DNA from: Myxococcota bacterium
Lineage (GTDB): Bacteria > Myxococcota_A > UBA9160 > UBA6930
Direction of reading: 5' to 3'
Length of the DNA: 64,000 bases
Assembly (NCBI GenBank): GCA_965223415.1
Contig: OZ245002.1
Coordinates: forward strand, 5,248,001 to 5,312,000
The notes beneath the pieces are model-generated. The model was not told where the DNA came from, made no database searches, and saw only the letters and a list, made by a program, of their open reading frames with translations. Positions 46,448 through 56,259 of this stretch are shown in pieces. Both the position numbers and the translations under genes were made by a program. Numbering within the stretch: the first letter of the stretch is position 1; each line of letters begins with the position of its first letter.

Positions 46448-48181
46448 CTACTGGCGCCGGGTGCGTCGCTTTCCCTTCGGCGAGGCACCCTGAGCGCCCT
46501 TCAGGAGCGACCGCGCGTGCTCCCGAGTCTCGTCCCCCGGCGCCTCCCCGCCGGCCATGCGGGCGACCTCCTCGACCCGCCCCTCGTCGTCCAGGGCCTC
46601 CACCCGGCTCACGGTGCGGCCGCCGGCCTGGCCCTTCGCGACCCGGAAGTGGCTTGCCGGCTGGGCGGCGATCTGGGGCAGGTGGGTGATGCACAGCACC
46701 TGGTGCTCCCGGGCCAGGGAGGCCAGCACGCCACCGACTCGCTCGGCGACCGCGCCGCCGATGCCGGCGTCGACCTCGTCGAACACCAGCACCATGCCCT
46801 GGGTCGTCTCACGCAGCACGTTCTTCAGGGCCAGGAAGATCCGCGAGAGCTCGCCGCCGGACGCGACCTTGCGCAGCGGCCGCGGCGCCTCGCCCTCGTT
46901 GGCGGAGAACAGGATCTCCGCGCTCTCCGCGCCGCTCGGGCCGCACGGCACACCCGGCTCTGGGGGCACCGGCGCGAGCGCCACCTCGACCCGCGCCTGG
47001 GCCAGGGCCAGCTCGCGCACCCCCGTCTCGGCGGCCTCGGCCAGGGCCTTGGCGGCCTTGCGGCGCGCCCGGCTGAGCTTGGCCGCACGCTTGGCGAGCT
47101 TGTCGTGGAGAGCGGCCTGCTCGCTCTCGAGCTTGCCCATGCGCTCGTCGCTGCTGCCGAGGGCCGCGAGCTCCAACGCCGCCTGCTCGCGAAAGGCCAG
47201 GATGTCCTCGACCCGCGCGCCGTACTTGCGCTTCAGCCGCTCGAGGCCCTCGATGCGCTCCTCGACGAAGGCCAGGCGGGCCGGATCCGCGTCGATCCGC
47301 CCCGTGTAGCGCTCGAGGTCCCGGGCCAGGTCGGCGAGCTCCGCGGCCGCCCCCGCCAGGCGCTCGGCGGCCTCGCCCAGCTCCGGATCCAGCTCGGACA
47401 GGGCGGCCAGGGTGCGCTGGGCCTCGGCCAGGCGATCGCCCACCGCTGCCGCCTCGCCACCGGAGGGGTCGCCGGCGAGGGCGGCGACGACACCGCTCGC
47501 CTCGCCGGCCAGGCGTTCCGCGTGCACGAGGCGCCGGTGCTCCGCTTCCAGCTCCGTAGTCTCCGCCGGGTCGAGACCGGCCTCGTCGATCTCCTTCACC
47601 TGGAAGGCGAGGAAGTCCTCGCGCCGGGCCCGCTCCTCGGCCTCGGTGCGCAGGGCCTCGAGCTCGGCCCGCCCGGCCCGCAGCTCGTGCACGCCCTCCT
47701 CCACGGCCCGGCGATCGCCCTGCAAGCCGCCGTGGTGATCGAGCAGGCGTCCCTGGGTCTCGGCCCGCAGCAGCGCCTGGGACGCGTGCTGACTCGACAC
47801 CTCGATGCGTCCCGCGAAGAGCTCGGCGAGCGTCGAGATGGGAACCAGGCGGCCGCCGACCCAGGCCCGCCCCCGCCCGTTGCGTTGGAGGCTGCGCCGT
47901 ACGATCAACGCGCCGTCCTCGTCCTCGAGTCCGCGTTCGGCGAGCGCCTCCGCGAGCTCGGGCTGGCCGCCGATCCCGAAGACCGCCTCGACCACCGCCT
48001 GGTCGGCGCCCTCGCGGATCGCCTCGCGATCGGCCCTGGCCCCGGCCAGCAGCGCGAGCGCGCCCAGCACGATCGACTTGCCGGCACCGGTCTCGCCGGT
48101 GAGCACGTTGAGCCCCGGGCCGAACTCGAGCTCCAGCGCGTCGACCAGGGCGAGCTGCTCGATGCGAAGCCGCTCGATCAA
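46448..48181 (-). CDS. recN: DNA repair protein RecN
   Basis: LTGETGAGKSI, KVASGGELSR, FDEVDAGIGG, QVLCITHLPQIA; TTG start. Confidence 0.97.
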   Translation of the reverse strand: MIERLRIEQLALVDALELEFGPGLNVLTGETGAGKSIVLGALALLAGARADREAIREGADQAVVEAVFGIGGQPELAEALAERGLEDEDGALIVRRSLQRNGRGRAWVGGRLVPISTLAELFAGRIEVSSQHASQALLRAETQGRLLDHHGGLQGDRRAVEEGVHELRAGRAELEALRTEAEERARREDFLAFQVKEIDEAGLDPAETTELEAEHRRLVHAERLAGEASGVVAALAGDPSGGEAAAVGDRLAEAQRTLAALSELDPELGEAAERLAGAAAELADLARDLERYTGRIDADPARLAFVEERIEGLERLKRKYGARVEDILAFREQAALELAALGSSDERMGKLESEQAALHDKLAKRAAKLSRARRKAAKALAEAAETGVRELALAQARVEVALAPVPPEPGVPCGPSGAESAEILFSANEGEAPRPLRKVASGGELSRIFLALKNVLRETTQGMVLVFDEVDAGIGGAVAERVGGVLASLAREHQVLCITHLPQIAAQPASHFRVAKGQAGGRTVSRVEALDDEGRVEEVARMAGGEAPGDETREHARSLLKGAQGASPKGKRRTRRQ

Positions 48182-48204
48182 GCCTCCCCCCGTTCTTCGC
48201 TCAA
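48178..48204 (-). CDS. putative 8-aa bridging mini-ORF (L/M)SEERGEA
   Basis: TTG overlaps the nadK TGA and TGA overlaps the recN TTG; AGGCTTGA(G/T)CGA repeated at a 23-bp period. Confidence 0.35.
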   Translation of the reverse strand: MSEERGEA

Positions 48205-49070
48205 GCCTTGCCCCAGCCGAGCTTGGTTCGCAGCACGTCGAAGCGGGAGCGGAAGGGCGAGACGACGAAGTGGGCCGGGTGCTCGGAGCCCTGCACCTCG
48301 ACCCGGTCGTCGGTCTCCAGGGTCACCGCCACCTGGCCGTCGAGGGTGAGATTGGCGGTGCCGTCGCGGGGGAAGACGCGGATCTCGAGACGGGAGGTGT
48401 CCGGCACCACCACCGGGCGCTGGGACAGGCCGTGTGGACAGATCGGCGTGAGCACCAGGGCGCGGGAGCCGGGCATCAGGATGGGCCCGCCCGCGGAGAG
48501 GGTGTAGGCGGTGGAGCCGGTCGGTGTGGCGACGATCAGGCCGTCGCCGCGGTAGGTCGTCACCGGCGCGCCGTCGGTCCAGGTCTCGAGGTCGATCATC
48601 CGCGAGAGATCGCTGCGGTTGATGACGGCGTCGTTCAGGGCGAGCGATTGGATCAGCACGCGCTCGCCGCGGAGGGCCCGCACCTGGAGCCGGGTGCGGG
48701 GCACGACGTCGAAGTCGCCGGCCAGCACCCGCCCGAGTACCGCATCGAGCTCTTCCGGCGCGACTTCGGCGAGGAAGCCCAGCGCGCCCTGGTTCACGCC
48801 GAGGATGGGCACGGGGCGCGAGCCGGCCTCCCGCGCCACGGCCAGGAGGGTGCCGTCGCCGCCGACGACGATCAGCAGGTCCGCCTTCTCCGCGAGGGCG
48901 GCTCGCGCCACACCCTCGCCGCCCAGCAGCTCCGCGGCCTGGGGATCGAGCAGGGCCTCGACGCCCCGGGCCGCGAGCTCCGCGAGGAGGTGCCCAGCCA
49001 CCTCCCCGGCATCGCGCGCCGCCGGTTTCAGGCACACGCCGACCGTCCGCACCGGAGAGCGGGCCGTCAT
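48201..49070 (-). CDS. nadK: NAD(+) kinase
   Basis: GGDGTLL, GVNQGALGFL, ALND, DGLIVATPTGSTAYTLSAGGP. Confidence 0.97.
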   Translation of the reverse strand: MTARSPVRTVGVCLKPAARDAGEVAGHLLAELAARGVEALLDPQAAELLGGEGVARAALAEKADLLIVVGGDGTLLAVAREAGSRPVPILGVNQGALGFLAEVAPEELDAVLGRVLAGDFDVVPRTRLQVRALRGERVLIQSLALNDAVINRSDLSRMIDLETWTDGAPVTTYRGDGLIVATPTGSTAYTLSAGGPILMPGSRALVLTPICPHGLSQRPVVVPDTSRLEIRVFPRDGTANLTLDGQVAVTLETDDRVEVQGSEHPAHFVVSPFRSRFDVLRTKLGWGKA

Positions 49071-49245
49071 CGGCTCCCTCCCGACACGGCTTCCATCCCG
49101 CGACTGCCCGACGCCACCGTCACCCGGCCTCCTGCCCGTTCGTCAGCTTCCCAAGAGTAGGGAACCCGGGCGTCGGCCCGCCTCGGCCGACGCCCGCAAT
49201 GCGGCCGACGGAACCGGCCCCGAACGCAACGGGCCGCGGGGGCTC

Positions 49246-49707
49246 CTAGCGGTAGTAGGGCGCGAGCTTGATCAGGGCCGTGCCGACAGGAGTGATCTTG
49301 GCGAAGACCGCCTCCGGGATCAGGGCCCGCCGGCCGTTCTCGGCGGCGTCGTTGCGCAGCAGCTCGATGCGCTTGAAGCGCGGAAGGGTCGCTTCCTTGC
49401 CCTCGCCGTTCGCCAGGCTCGCAGCGAGGCCACGAGAGGCGCTCGCCAGCATGCGCACGTCGTCCTTGGCCCGGTACCAGCTGGCCTGGTTGGCCGGGTC
49501 GAGGTTGTCCGGGAGCTTGGCAATGGCGTCGTCCAGGGCCGCGCAGGCGTCGGCGAGCTCCTGGGCGTAGCTGGTGAGCCGCTCCTGGTTCCAGTTGGCG
49601 ACGGGTTCATCGCCCTGGGCCCAGCCGGCGCCGGCCGCCCCCAGCAGCACGAGGCCCGCACCCAGGGCCAGGACGCTCCGCAGGTGCCTTCGCATTCCGA
49701 TGGGCAT
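49246..49707 (-). CDS. secreted hypothetical alpha-helical protein
   Basis: signal peptide ending AGWA-Q; strong GC3 bias; GGAGGAGG RBS; start uncertain. Confidence 0.7.
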   Translation of the reverse strand: MPIGMRRHLRSVLALGAGLVLLGAAGAGWAQGDEPVANWNQERLTSYAQELADACAALDDAIAKLPDNLDPANQASWYRAKDDVRMLASASRGLAASLANGEGKEATLPRFKRIELLRNDAAENGRRALIPEAVFAKITPVGTALIKLAPYYR

Positions 49708-49745
49708 CACTCCTCCTCCTCCCCTGATCCGGGGACCTCACCCTA

Positions 49746-50993
49746 TCACGGCTGCGATGTGGTGCGCAGCGACGGCTCGGCGTCCGCAGCCTGGGGACCG
49801 GGCTCGGGCTCCGCCCGGATCTCGAGGGAACGGCGGTCCCGCTGCCGCCCGCGTTCGATCTCCGCCCACATCTCGAGCTCGCGGGTCCGGCGCCGCAGGG
49901 CCTGGAGGCGCCGTTCGAGGAGAGCGCGGTCGCCGATCCCGCCGACCCGAAGCTCGACCGTCCGCTCGACGACGTCCCTTCGGCCGTCGACCCGCCTCGC
50001 CTCGACGCGCAGACGGTTGCGCCCCTCCGCCAGGCGAACGAGGCCGTCGAAGCTGCCGTCCGGAAACGTGCGCACCGCGCGAGCGGGCTCGCCGGTGGTG
50101 GCGTTGCGGATCTCCAGGCCTGCCAGCTCGACGAGATCGAGGCGACGGAGCACCGTCGCCACCTCTGCAGGCGATTCCACCCGCTGCATCCGCCCGCCGC
50201 TGCCCCGGGCCATGGCGTCGAGGGTCGCCTCGGCCTCGAGGGCACGAGGACCGATCGCGAAGGGGAACACGCGGATGCCCCGCCCGCCGGCCTCCCGGGC
50301 CGCCTGCCGGGCGTGGTAGGCGGGTCCGTCGGCGATGGGCAGGGTGGGCTTCCCGTCGGTGAGGAGCACGATGAACCGCTCACGCTCCGAGAGGGGCTGG
50401 TCGTCCGGCGCCAGGGCCGCGGTGGCGAGTCGCACCGCGCCGGCCAGGTTCGTGCCCCGCAGCCAACGGGGCGCGGCGAGCCGGATCTCGTCGAGGGCGC
50501 GACGCAGGGCCACCGGCGGGGTGCCGAGAGGCGCCACCCAGCTCGCGTCGTCGGAGAAGACGACGAGGCCCACGCGGAAGCGACGCGGATCGAGCCGCTC
50601 GATCAGGGCGGCGGTCGCCTCCAGCTCGGCGGCCAGGATCGAGTCCTCCAGGTCGAGGCCTCCTTCGAGGCGCACCGCCAGACGCGGGGGCACGTTGCCG
50701 CGCTTCTCCAGGCCGGCGAGCCACGCGGGATCGGTCCGGCCGTCGGCGCCGTCCCCGTCCAGATCGGCGCCGCTCGGATGCAGCGTGCTGTCCGAGAGGT
50801 CGAGGGCCACGACCAGGTCGAAGCCGGCGCCGCCCCGGGAGCCCGCCCGCCCCGTCACCTCGAAGAGCGCCACGTCCTGCACCCGCTCCCGGGGCGCCGG
50901 CGCCACCACCTCCAGCCAGGCGCTGCCAGCGGCGCCCGGCCCGGCGACGCCGAGCACGAGGGCACAGCCGATCAGCCGAAGCCGAGACGTCAT
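49746..50993 (-). CDS. secreted vWA (MIDAS) domain protein with Ig-like flanks
   Basis: DLSDS (DxSxS), GTNLAGA, IVLLTDGKP. Confidence 0.85.
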   Translation of the reverse strand: MTSRLRLIGCALVLGVAGPGAAGSAWLEVVAPAPRERVQDVALFEVTGRAGSRGGAGFDLVVALDLSDSTLHPSGADLDGDGADGRTDPAWLAGLEKRGNVPPRLAVRLEGGLDLEDSILAAELEATAALIERLDPRRFRVGLVVFSDDASWVAPLGTPPVALRRALDEIRLAAPRWLRGTNLAGAVRLATAALAPDDQPLSERERFIVLLTDGKPTLPIADGPAYHARQAAREAGGRGIRVFPFAIGPRALEAEATLDAMARGSGGRMQRVESPAEVATVLRRLDLVELAGLEIRNATTGEPARAVRTFPDGSFDGLVRLAEGRNRLRVEARRVDGRRDVVERTVELRVGGIGDRALLERRLQALRRRTRELEMWAEIERGRQRDRRSLEIRAEPEPGPQAADAEPSLRTTSQP

Positions 50994-51043
50994 GGCCGGC
51001 GCTACCCCCGATGGATGAAACCCTACGCGATAGAGTAGGCCCC

Positions 51044-52423
51044 ATGGGCGACGGCGACTCCCTCGATCTGTTCCCGGACGAGCGCCGCGCGCCCGAGCCC
51101 GCCGCGCGGGAGGAGCGGGGCCAGCCGGCCCGGCCCCTGGCCGAACGCATGCGACCGCGGACCCTCGACGAGGTGGTCGGGCAAGAGGCCCTGCTCGCGC
51201 CGGGAGCGCCCCTGCGCACCCTGATCGAGCGGGGCGAGCTGCCGTCCCTCCTGCTGTGGGGGCCGCCGGGAACCGGCAAGACCACCCTGGCCCGCCTGCT
51301 GGCCCGGGGCCCGGAGACCGACTTCGTCGCCCTTTCGGCGGTGGTGGCCGGCCTGAAGGACGTGCGGGCGGTGGTCGCGGACGCCGAGCGCGGCCGGCGA
51401 CTCGGCCGCCGCACGGTGCTCTTCCTCGACGAGATCCACCGCTTCAACCGGGCGCAGCAGGACGCGCTGCTCCCCCACGTCGAGGCGGGCACGATCACCC
51501 TGGTCGGTGCCACGACCGAGAACCCCTCCTTCGAGGTGATCGGCCCGCTGCTCTCCCGTACCCGCGTGTTCACCCTGCGCTCCCTCGAGGCGGGCGAGCT
51601 GGTCGATCTCCTGGAACGCGCGCTGGGCGACGAGGAGCGCGGCCTCGGCGGCAGGGGCGTGACCGCCGAGGCCGAGACGATCCGTGCCCTGGCGGACGCC
51701 GCCGGAGGCGATGCGCGACGGGCCCTGGGCATGCTGGAGACCGCCGTCGCCGTCCACGTGGCGGCGGGGAACGAGGGCGCGCTCACGCCGGAAGCCGTCC
51801 GCGATGCGGTCGGTCGACGCATGCTCCTCCACGATCGGGATCGGGAGGAGCACTACAACGTCGTCTCCGCCTTCATCAAGAGCCTCCGGGCCAGCGATCC
51901 GGATGCCTCCCTCTACTACCTGGCGCGCATGCTCGAGGGCGGCGACGACCCGCTCTTCCTGGCCCGTCGCCTGGTGATCTTCGCCTCCGAAGACGTGGGC
52001 AACGCCGATCCGGCTGCCCTGCCCCTGGCCCTGGCCGCGTATCAAACGCTCGAGCGCATCGGCCTGCCCGAGGGCCGACTCACCCTGGCCCAGGCGACCA
52101 CCTACCTGGCGACCGCACCCAAGAGCAACGCCTCGACGCTCGCCCTCGCCCGAGCCGCCGAGGCCGTGCGCACCCACGGCAACGCCCCGGTCCCCCTGCA
52201 CCTCCGGAACGCGCCCACGCCCTTCATGAAGGAGCAGGGCTACGGCGAGGGCTACCGCTACCCCCACGACGAGCCCGCCACCTTCGTCCCCGACCGCAAC
52301 CTCCCGGACGCCGTCGGCGACGCCGAGTTCTACCAGCCGACCGACCGCGGCCACGAAGCCGCCATCGCCGAGCGCCTCACCCGCTGGCGCGCCCGCCGAA
52401 CCCGACCCCGGGGACGTTCCTGA
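51044..52423 (+). CDS. rarA: replication-associated recombination protein A
   Basis: PLAERMRP, GPPGTGKTT, DEIHRFN, GATTENPSF, SAFIKSLR, PLHLRNAPT. Confidence 0.96.
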   Translation: MGDGDSLDLFPDERRAPEPAAREERGQPARPLAERMRPRTLDEVVGQEALLAPGAPLRTLIERGELPSLLLWGPPGTGKTTLARLLARGPETDFVALSAVVAGLKDVRAVVADAERGRRLGRRTVLFLDEIHRFNRAQQDALLPHVEAGTITLVGATTENPSFEVIGPLLSRTRVFTLRSLEAGELVDLLERALGDEERGLGGRGVTAEAETIRALADAAGGDARRALGMLETAVAVHVAAGNEGALTPEAVRDAVGRRMLLHDRDREEHYNVVSAFIKSLRASDPDASLYYLARMLEGGDDPLFLARRLVIFASEDVGNADPAALPLALAAYQTLERIGLPEGRLTLAQATTYLATAPKSNASTLALARAAEAVRTHGNAPVPLHLRNAPTPFMKEQGYGEGYRYPHDEPATFVPDRNLPDAVGDAEFYQPTDRGHEAAIAERLTRWRARRTRPRGRS

Positions 52424-52459
52424 ACGCAACACCGGTGTGGCGTTCGGGACGTCCCGGGT
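52405..52459. terminator. imperfect inverted repeat between convergent rarA and VOC genes
   Basis: GGGACGTTCCTGAACGCAACAC...GTGTGGCGTTCGGGACGTCCC. Confidence 0.5.
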
Positions 52460-52480
52460 GTTGTGTCTCCTGCGCCGCGA

Positions 52481-52840
52481 TCAGGCCGGGGCGTGGCAGA
52501 CGACTTCGATGTTGTGTCCGTCGGGGTCGAGGACGAAGGCACCGTAGTAGCTCGGGTGGTACTGGGGGCGGAGGCCCGGGGCACCGTTGTCGCGGCCACC
52601 GGCGGCAATGGCGGCGGCGTGGAAGGCGTCGACGGTCGCCCGGTCCGCGGCCTGGAAGGCCACGTGGACCGGGGTCGGCGGCTCACCCACCTGGATCCAG
52701 AAGAACGGCCGATCGGAGCCGAGCCCGGCTGCCGGACCGAAGTCGGCGAGCACGGTGTAGCGGATGGGGGCGAGCGCCGCGGCGTAGAACGCCTTCGAAC
52801 GCTCCATGTCCGTCACCTGGATTCCGATGTGATCGATCAT
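52481..52840 (-). CDS. VOC/glyoxalase family protein
   Basis: MIDHIGI, HVAF, GGRDNGAPGLRP.YH..YYGAFVLDPDGHNIEVV. Confidence 0.93.
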   Translation of the reverse strand: MIDHIGIQVTDMERSKAFYAAALAPIRYTVLADFGPAAGLGSDRPFFWIQVGEPPTPVHVAFQAADRATVDAFHAAAIAAGGRDNGAPGLRPQYHPSYYGAFVLDPDGHNIEVVCHAPA

Positions 52841-52900
52841 GGGAACACGGTAGCCCGTCGCCGGGCGTTCGCCGGATCGCGCCCCGCGCGCCGGCAGCCG

Positions 52901-53881
52901 ATGAGCAGCCCCATGCAGGCGCTCGACCGGCGGCGCATCTTCGAGATCCTCGACCAGGCCCGAACCGGGGATCCGGTGAGCCGCGGCTGCGATCTGGCGT
53001 TGGTCTCGCTGATCGTCCTGAACGTCGCTGCGGCGATCGCGGAGTCGATCCCAGCGGTGGGCGTCCGCTACGCCGCTGCCTTCGCCGGCTTCGAGCTGCT
53101 CTCGGTGATGGTCTTCTCGGTCGAGTACGTGCTGCGCGTGACCACCATCGTCGACGGTCCGGACCCGCGCTTCCACCACCCGCTGAAGGGGCGGCTCCGC
53201 TATATGGCGACCCCCATCGCCGTGACGGACCTCCTCGCCTTCCTCCCGTTCTACCTGACGGCGATCGTCAACATCGACCTGCGCATGCTTCGGGTGTTGC
53301 GGCTCATCCGGATCTTCAAGCTCGGACACTACTTCTCGGCGCTCGGCATCGTCCTCGATGTGATCCGCATGGAACGCCGCGCCTTCGGCGCGGCCTACTT
53401 CCTCGTCGTGCTGGGCCTCCTGGCCGCCGCGAGCGGCATCTACGTCTTCGAGCACGACGCCCAGCCCGAGGCCTTCGGCTCGATCCCTGCGGCCCTGTGG
53501 TGGGCCGTGGCCACCCTCACGACCGTCGGCTACGGCGACGTCACCCCGGTCACCCTCGGCGGGCGGGCCTTCGCGACCGCCGTGATGATGCTCGGCATCG
53601 GCGTCGTCGCGCTGCCCACGGGCATCTTCGCCTCCGGCTTCGCCCTCGAGCTCCGCAGTCGCCGCGACGAGTACGCCCGCGAGGTCCGGACGGCCATGGC
53701 CGACGGCATGATCGACAGCGAGGAACGCGCGCACCTCGAAGCGGTGCGGGAATCCCTCGCCCTGACCGAAGAGGCGATCCGTGGCCTCGAACCTCCGGAG
53801 CCCATCCCGCTCGCGACCTGCCCTCATTGCGGCGAGCTGCTGCTTGGACCGGCGAAGGACCCGACGCCTGGCGCTCCCTGA
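52901..53881 (+). CDS. voltage-gated-type potassium channel (6TM ion transporter)
   Basis: S4 LRMLRVLRLIRIFK; filter TTVGYGD; C-terminal CPHCG. Confidence 0.93.
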   Translation: MSSPMQALDRRRIFEILDQARTGDPVSRGCDLALVSLIVLNVAAAIAESIPAVGVRYAAAFAGFELLSVMVFSVEYVLRVTTIVDGPDPRFHHPLKGRLRYMATPIAVTDLLAFLPFYLTAIVNIDLRMLRVLRLIRIFKLGHYFSALGIVLDVIRMERRAFGAAYFLVVLGLLAAASGIYVFEHDAQPEAFGSIPAALWWAVATLTTVGYGDVTPVTLGGRAFATAVMMLGIGVVALPTGIFASGFALELRSRRDEYAREVRTAMADGMIDSEERAHLEAVRESLALTEEAIRGLEPPEPIPLATCPHCGELLLGPAKDPTPGAP

Positions 53882-53887
53882 CCCGCG

Positions 53888-55585
53888 CTAGCCGAAGATC
53901 TTCGCGAACGCCTGGTGCTGGGGCACGGTCCCGAGCATGACCATCTCCGCCCCTCGCAACAGCTCCGTATCGGCGGGCGGGTTCGTGACCGACCCGCCCC
54001 CCGCACGGAGGGCGATCACGTTGAGGCCCGTCCGGGCGCCGATGCCGCTCTCCGCGAGGGTCTTGCCCTCCAACGCTTCGGGCACGCCCTCGACGAAGAG
54101 ATCCGCACCCTCGCCCAGCACCACGAGCTCGCTCGCCTGGACCACCGAGAGCACGGACTTCGCCGCGAGGGAGCCATGGCTCAGCGCGAAATCCGCGCCG
54201 GCCCGGTGGATCGCCTCCAGGTTCCACTCCTCGCTCACCCGGCACACGATACGGGCGTCCGGGTTCAGCCGCCGGCAGTAGACGGCCAGGAAGACGTTCG
54301 TCGCGTCGTCGTTGGTGGTGAGCACGACCGAGGGCGTCTCGGGAAGCCCGGCCTGGGTCACCACGGCGAGGTCCGCCGCGTCACCGACCACCACCCTGTC
54401 CGCCACCTCCTCGAGGCCGTGGGCCATGGCCGGATCCTTCTCCAGGATCGTGACCTTGACGTCCCGGCGCTGAAGCGCCCGTGCCGCGGCGCCGCCGACG
54501 TTTCCCCCGCCGATCACGAGCACCGGATTCTCGTTGGCCCGGTAGATGACGAAGAGCGCGTCGAGCTCGGTGACCTGCTCCTCGGTTCCCACCACCACCG
54601 GCACGCTGTGGGGTGAGAGCACGGTGTCCGGGCCGGCCGGCACCAGCTCCCCCCGCTCCCAGACGGCGACGATGCTGAGACCGGTCAGCTCCCGAAGCCG
54701 GGTGTCGCGGATCGTTCGGCCGGGGAGCGAGGTGTTCTCGATCGGGAACTCGGCGATCACCAGGTCTTCGAAGCGGCCGATGCGATGGGCATGGGGAGTG
54801 CCGACGGTGACCCGGCTCGCCAGGTGCTCGCCGAGCTCGTGCTTGAGCGGGAGCACCTGGTTGACACCGCTCAGCTCGAGCACGTCGATGGAGTTCTCGT
54901 CCTCGGCGAGCGCGAGGATCGGCACCTCCGGCGCCACCTCCCGAACGGTGAGCGCGATGTTGCTGTTCGCGGCATCGCCCAGGTTGGCGAAGACCAGGCG
55001 GGCCCGCGCTGCCGCCACGGCCTCGTAGGTGGCCCTGGCGGAGTACTCCCCGGTCACCACCGACACGCCGTCGCCGTGAAGGGTGGCAGCGACCGAGGGA
55101 TCGGGCTCCACCACGCAGTAGGGAATCGCGTACTCCTCGAGCCTGGGAAGCAGCCCGGCCGCCAGCTCGTCGTGGCGACAGATGACCACGTGATCGCGCA
55201 TGTCCTCGGGGACCGCACGGGGCGCCTGCAGCCTCACCTGGGCTTCGAGCCAGGGTGCGTAGAAGAAGCGGATGAAGACGAAGGGCAGCACGATCAGCAG
55301 CATGACGATGCCCGAGAGCAGCACCACGATGCTGAAGCCCCGGCCGAGGTCGCTGTGGAAGGTGATGTCGCCGAAGCCCAGGGTGCTCATCACCGTGAGC
55401 GTCCAGTAGAAGCCGGTGAGCCAGGAGTGCTCCTGCCCCTCCGCCAGCATGATCACGTGGAACAGCACCGAGAATGCGGCGACGGTGGTGCCCAGCAAGA
55501 CCAGGTACTTGAGCAGCGCACTCATGTTGCGCCGCATCTCGCGCTCGCCGAGCAGATAGGTCAGCTGCGAAGGGAGGAACTTCAT
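53888..55585 (-). CDS. 2TM potassium channel with duplicated RCK (TrkA-N/C) domains
   Basis: filter STLGFGD; second RCK IGGGNVG; two TrkA-C repeats. Confidence 0.9.
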   Translation of the reverse strand: MKFLPSQLTYLLGEREMRRNMSALLKYLVLLGTTVAAFSVLFHVIMLAEGQEHSWLTGFYWTLTVMSTLGFGDITFHSDLGRGFSIVVLLSGIVMLLIVLPFVFIRFFYAPWLEAQVRLQAPRAVPEDMRDHVVICRHDELAAGLLPRLEEYAIPYCVVEPDPSVAATLHGDGVSVVTGEYSARATYEAVAAARARLVFANLGDAANSNIALTVREVAPEVPILALAEDENSIDVLELSGVNQVLPLKHELGEHLASRVTVGTPHAHRIGRFEDLVIAEFPIENTSLPGRTIRDTRLRELTGLSIVAVWERGELVPAGPDTVLSPHSVPVVVGTEEQVTELDALFVIYRANENPVLVIGGGNVGGAAARALQRRDVKVTILEKDPAMAHGLEEVADRVVVGDAADLAVVTQAGLPETPSVVLTTNDDATNVFLAVYCRRLNPDARIVCRVSEEWNLEAIHRAGADFALSHGSLAAKSVLSVVQASELVVLGEGADLFVEGVPEALEGKTLAESGIGARTGLNVIALRAGGGSVTNPPADTELLRGAEMVMLGTVPQHQAFAKIFG

Positions 55586-55625
55586 GACGGTCCCGCGGGG
55601 AGGCTACCGGTCCGGTGGGCTCCCG

Positions 55626-56249
55626 TCAGAGGCCGGCGCCGCCCTTCTGGCGGAGGATCTCTGCCTCCACCTCCGGGAGCCGATCCTTGCCGAAGTAGAG
55701 CTCCTCGCCTACGAAGAAGCTGGGCGAGCCGAAGACGCCCCGGTCGACCGCCGCCTGCGTGTTGGCCAACAGCTCCGCCTTCACGTCCGGGTCGCGGACG
55801 CCCTGGAGGATCGCCTGCGCGGGCAGTCCGGATTCGGCCAGCGCCGCTGCGATCACTTCCGGATCGTCCATCTTCTTGGGCTCCGCCCACATGTGGCGGT
55901 AGACCTCCTTCACGTAGCGCTCGAAGCAGCCCTCGCGGCCGGCGACGATGGCCCCGCGCATGATCTGGAGGGTGTTCACCGGAAAGAAGGGGTTCGGGCT
56001 GAAGGTGGTGATGCCGTGGGCGGCCAGGAAGCGCTTCGTCTCGAGGGCCTGGTAGGCGGGCTTGTTCTTGATGCCCTGGAGCGAAACCGCGGGCGACACG
56101 TTGTTCGTCGCCTTGAACACGCCCCCGAGCAGGATCGGGACGTAGCGGAAGGTCTCCCCAGTCCGCTTCTCGATCCCGGGGATGACGAGATGGCTCAAGT
56201 AGGCATTGGGGCTACCGAAGTCGAAGTGGAACTCGATCGCGACGCTCAT
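55626..56249 (-). CDS. 2-hydroxychromene-2-carboxylate isomerase/kappa-GST (DsbA family)
   Basis: FDFGSPNAYL, PILLGGVF, GVFGSPSFFV, GKDRL. Confidence 0.92.
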   Translation of the reverse strand: MSVAIEFHFDFGSPNAYLSHLVIPGIEKRTGETFRYVPILLGGVFKATNNVSPAVSLQGIKNKPAYQALETKRFLAAHGITTFSPNPFFPVNTLQIMRGAIVAGREGCFERYVKEVYRHMWAEPKKMDDPEVIAAALAESGLPAQAILQGVRDPDVKAELLANTQAAVDRGVFGSPSFFVGEELYFGKDRLPEVEAEILRQKGGAGL

Positions 56250-56259
56250 GGGATCCCCG

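Noticed and set aside
55582..55629. In-frame CTG...TGA spanning the isomerase/RCK-channel spacer
   Set aside because: CTG is a rare start, there is no clear duplication, and a TAGCCT -10-like site offers a simpler explanation.
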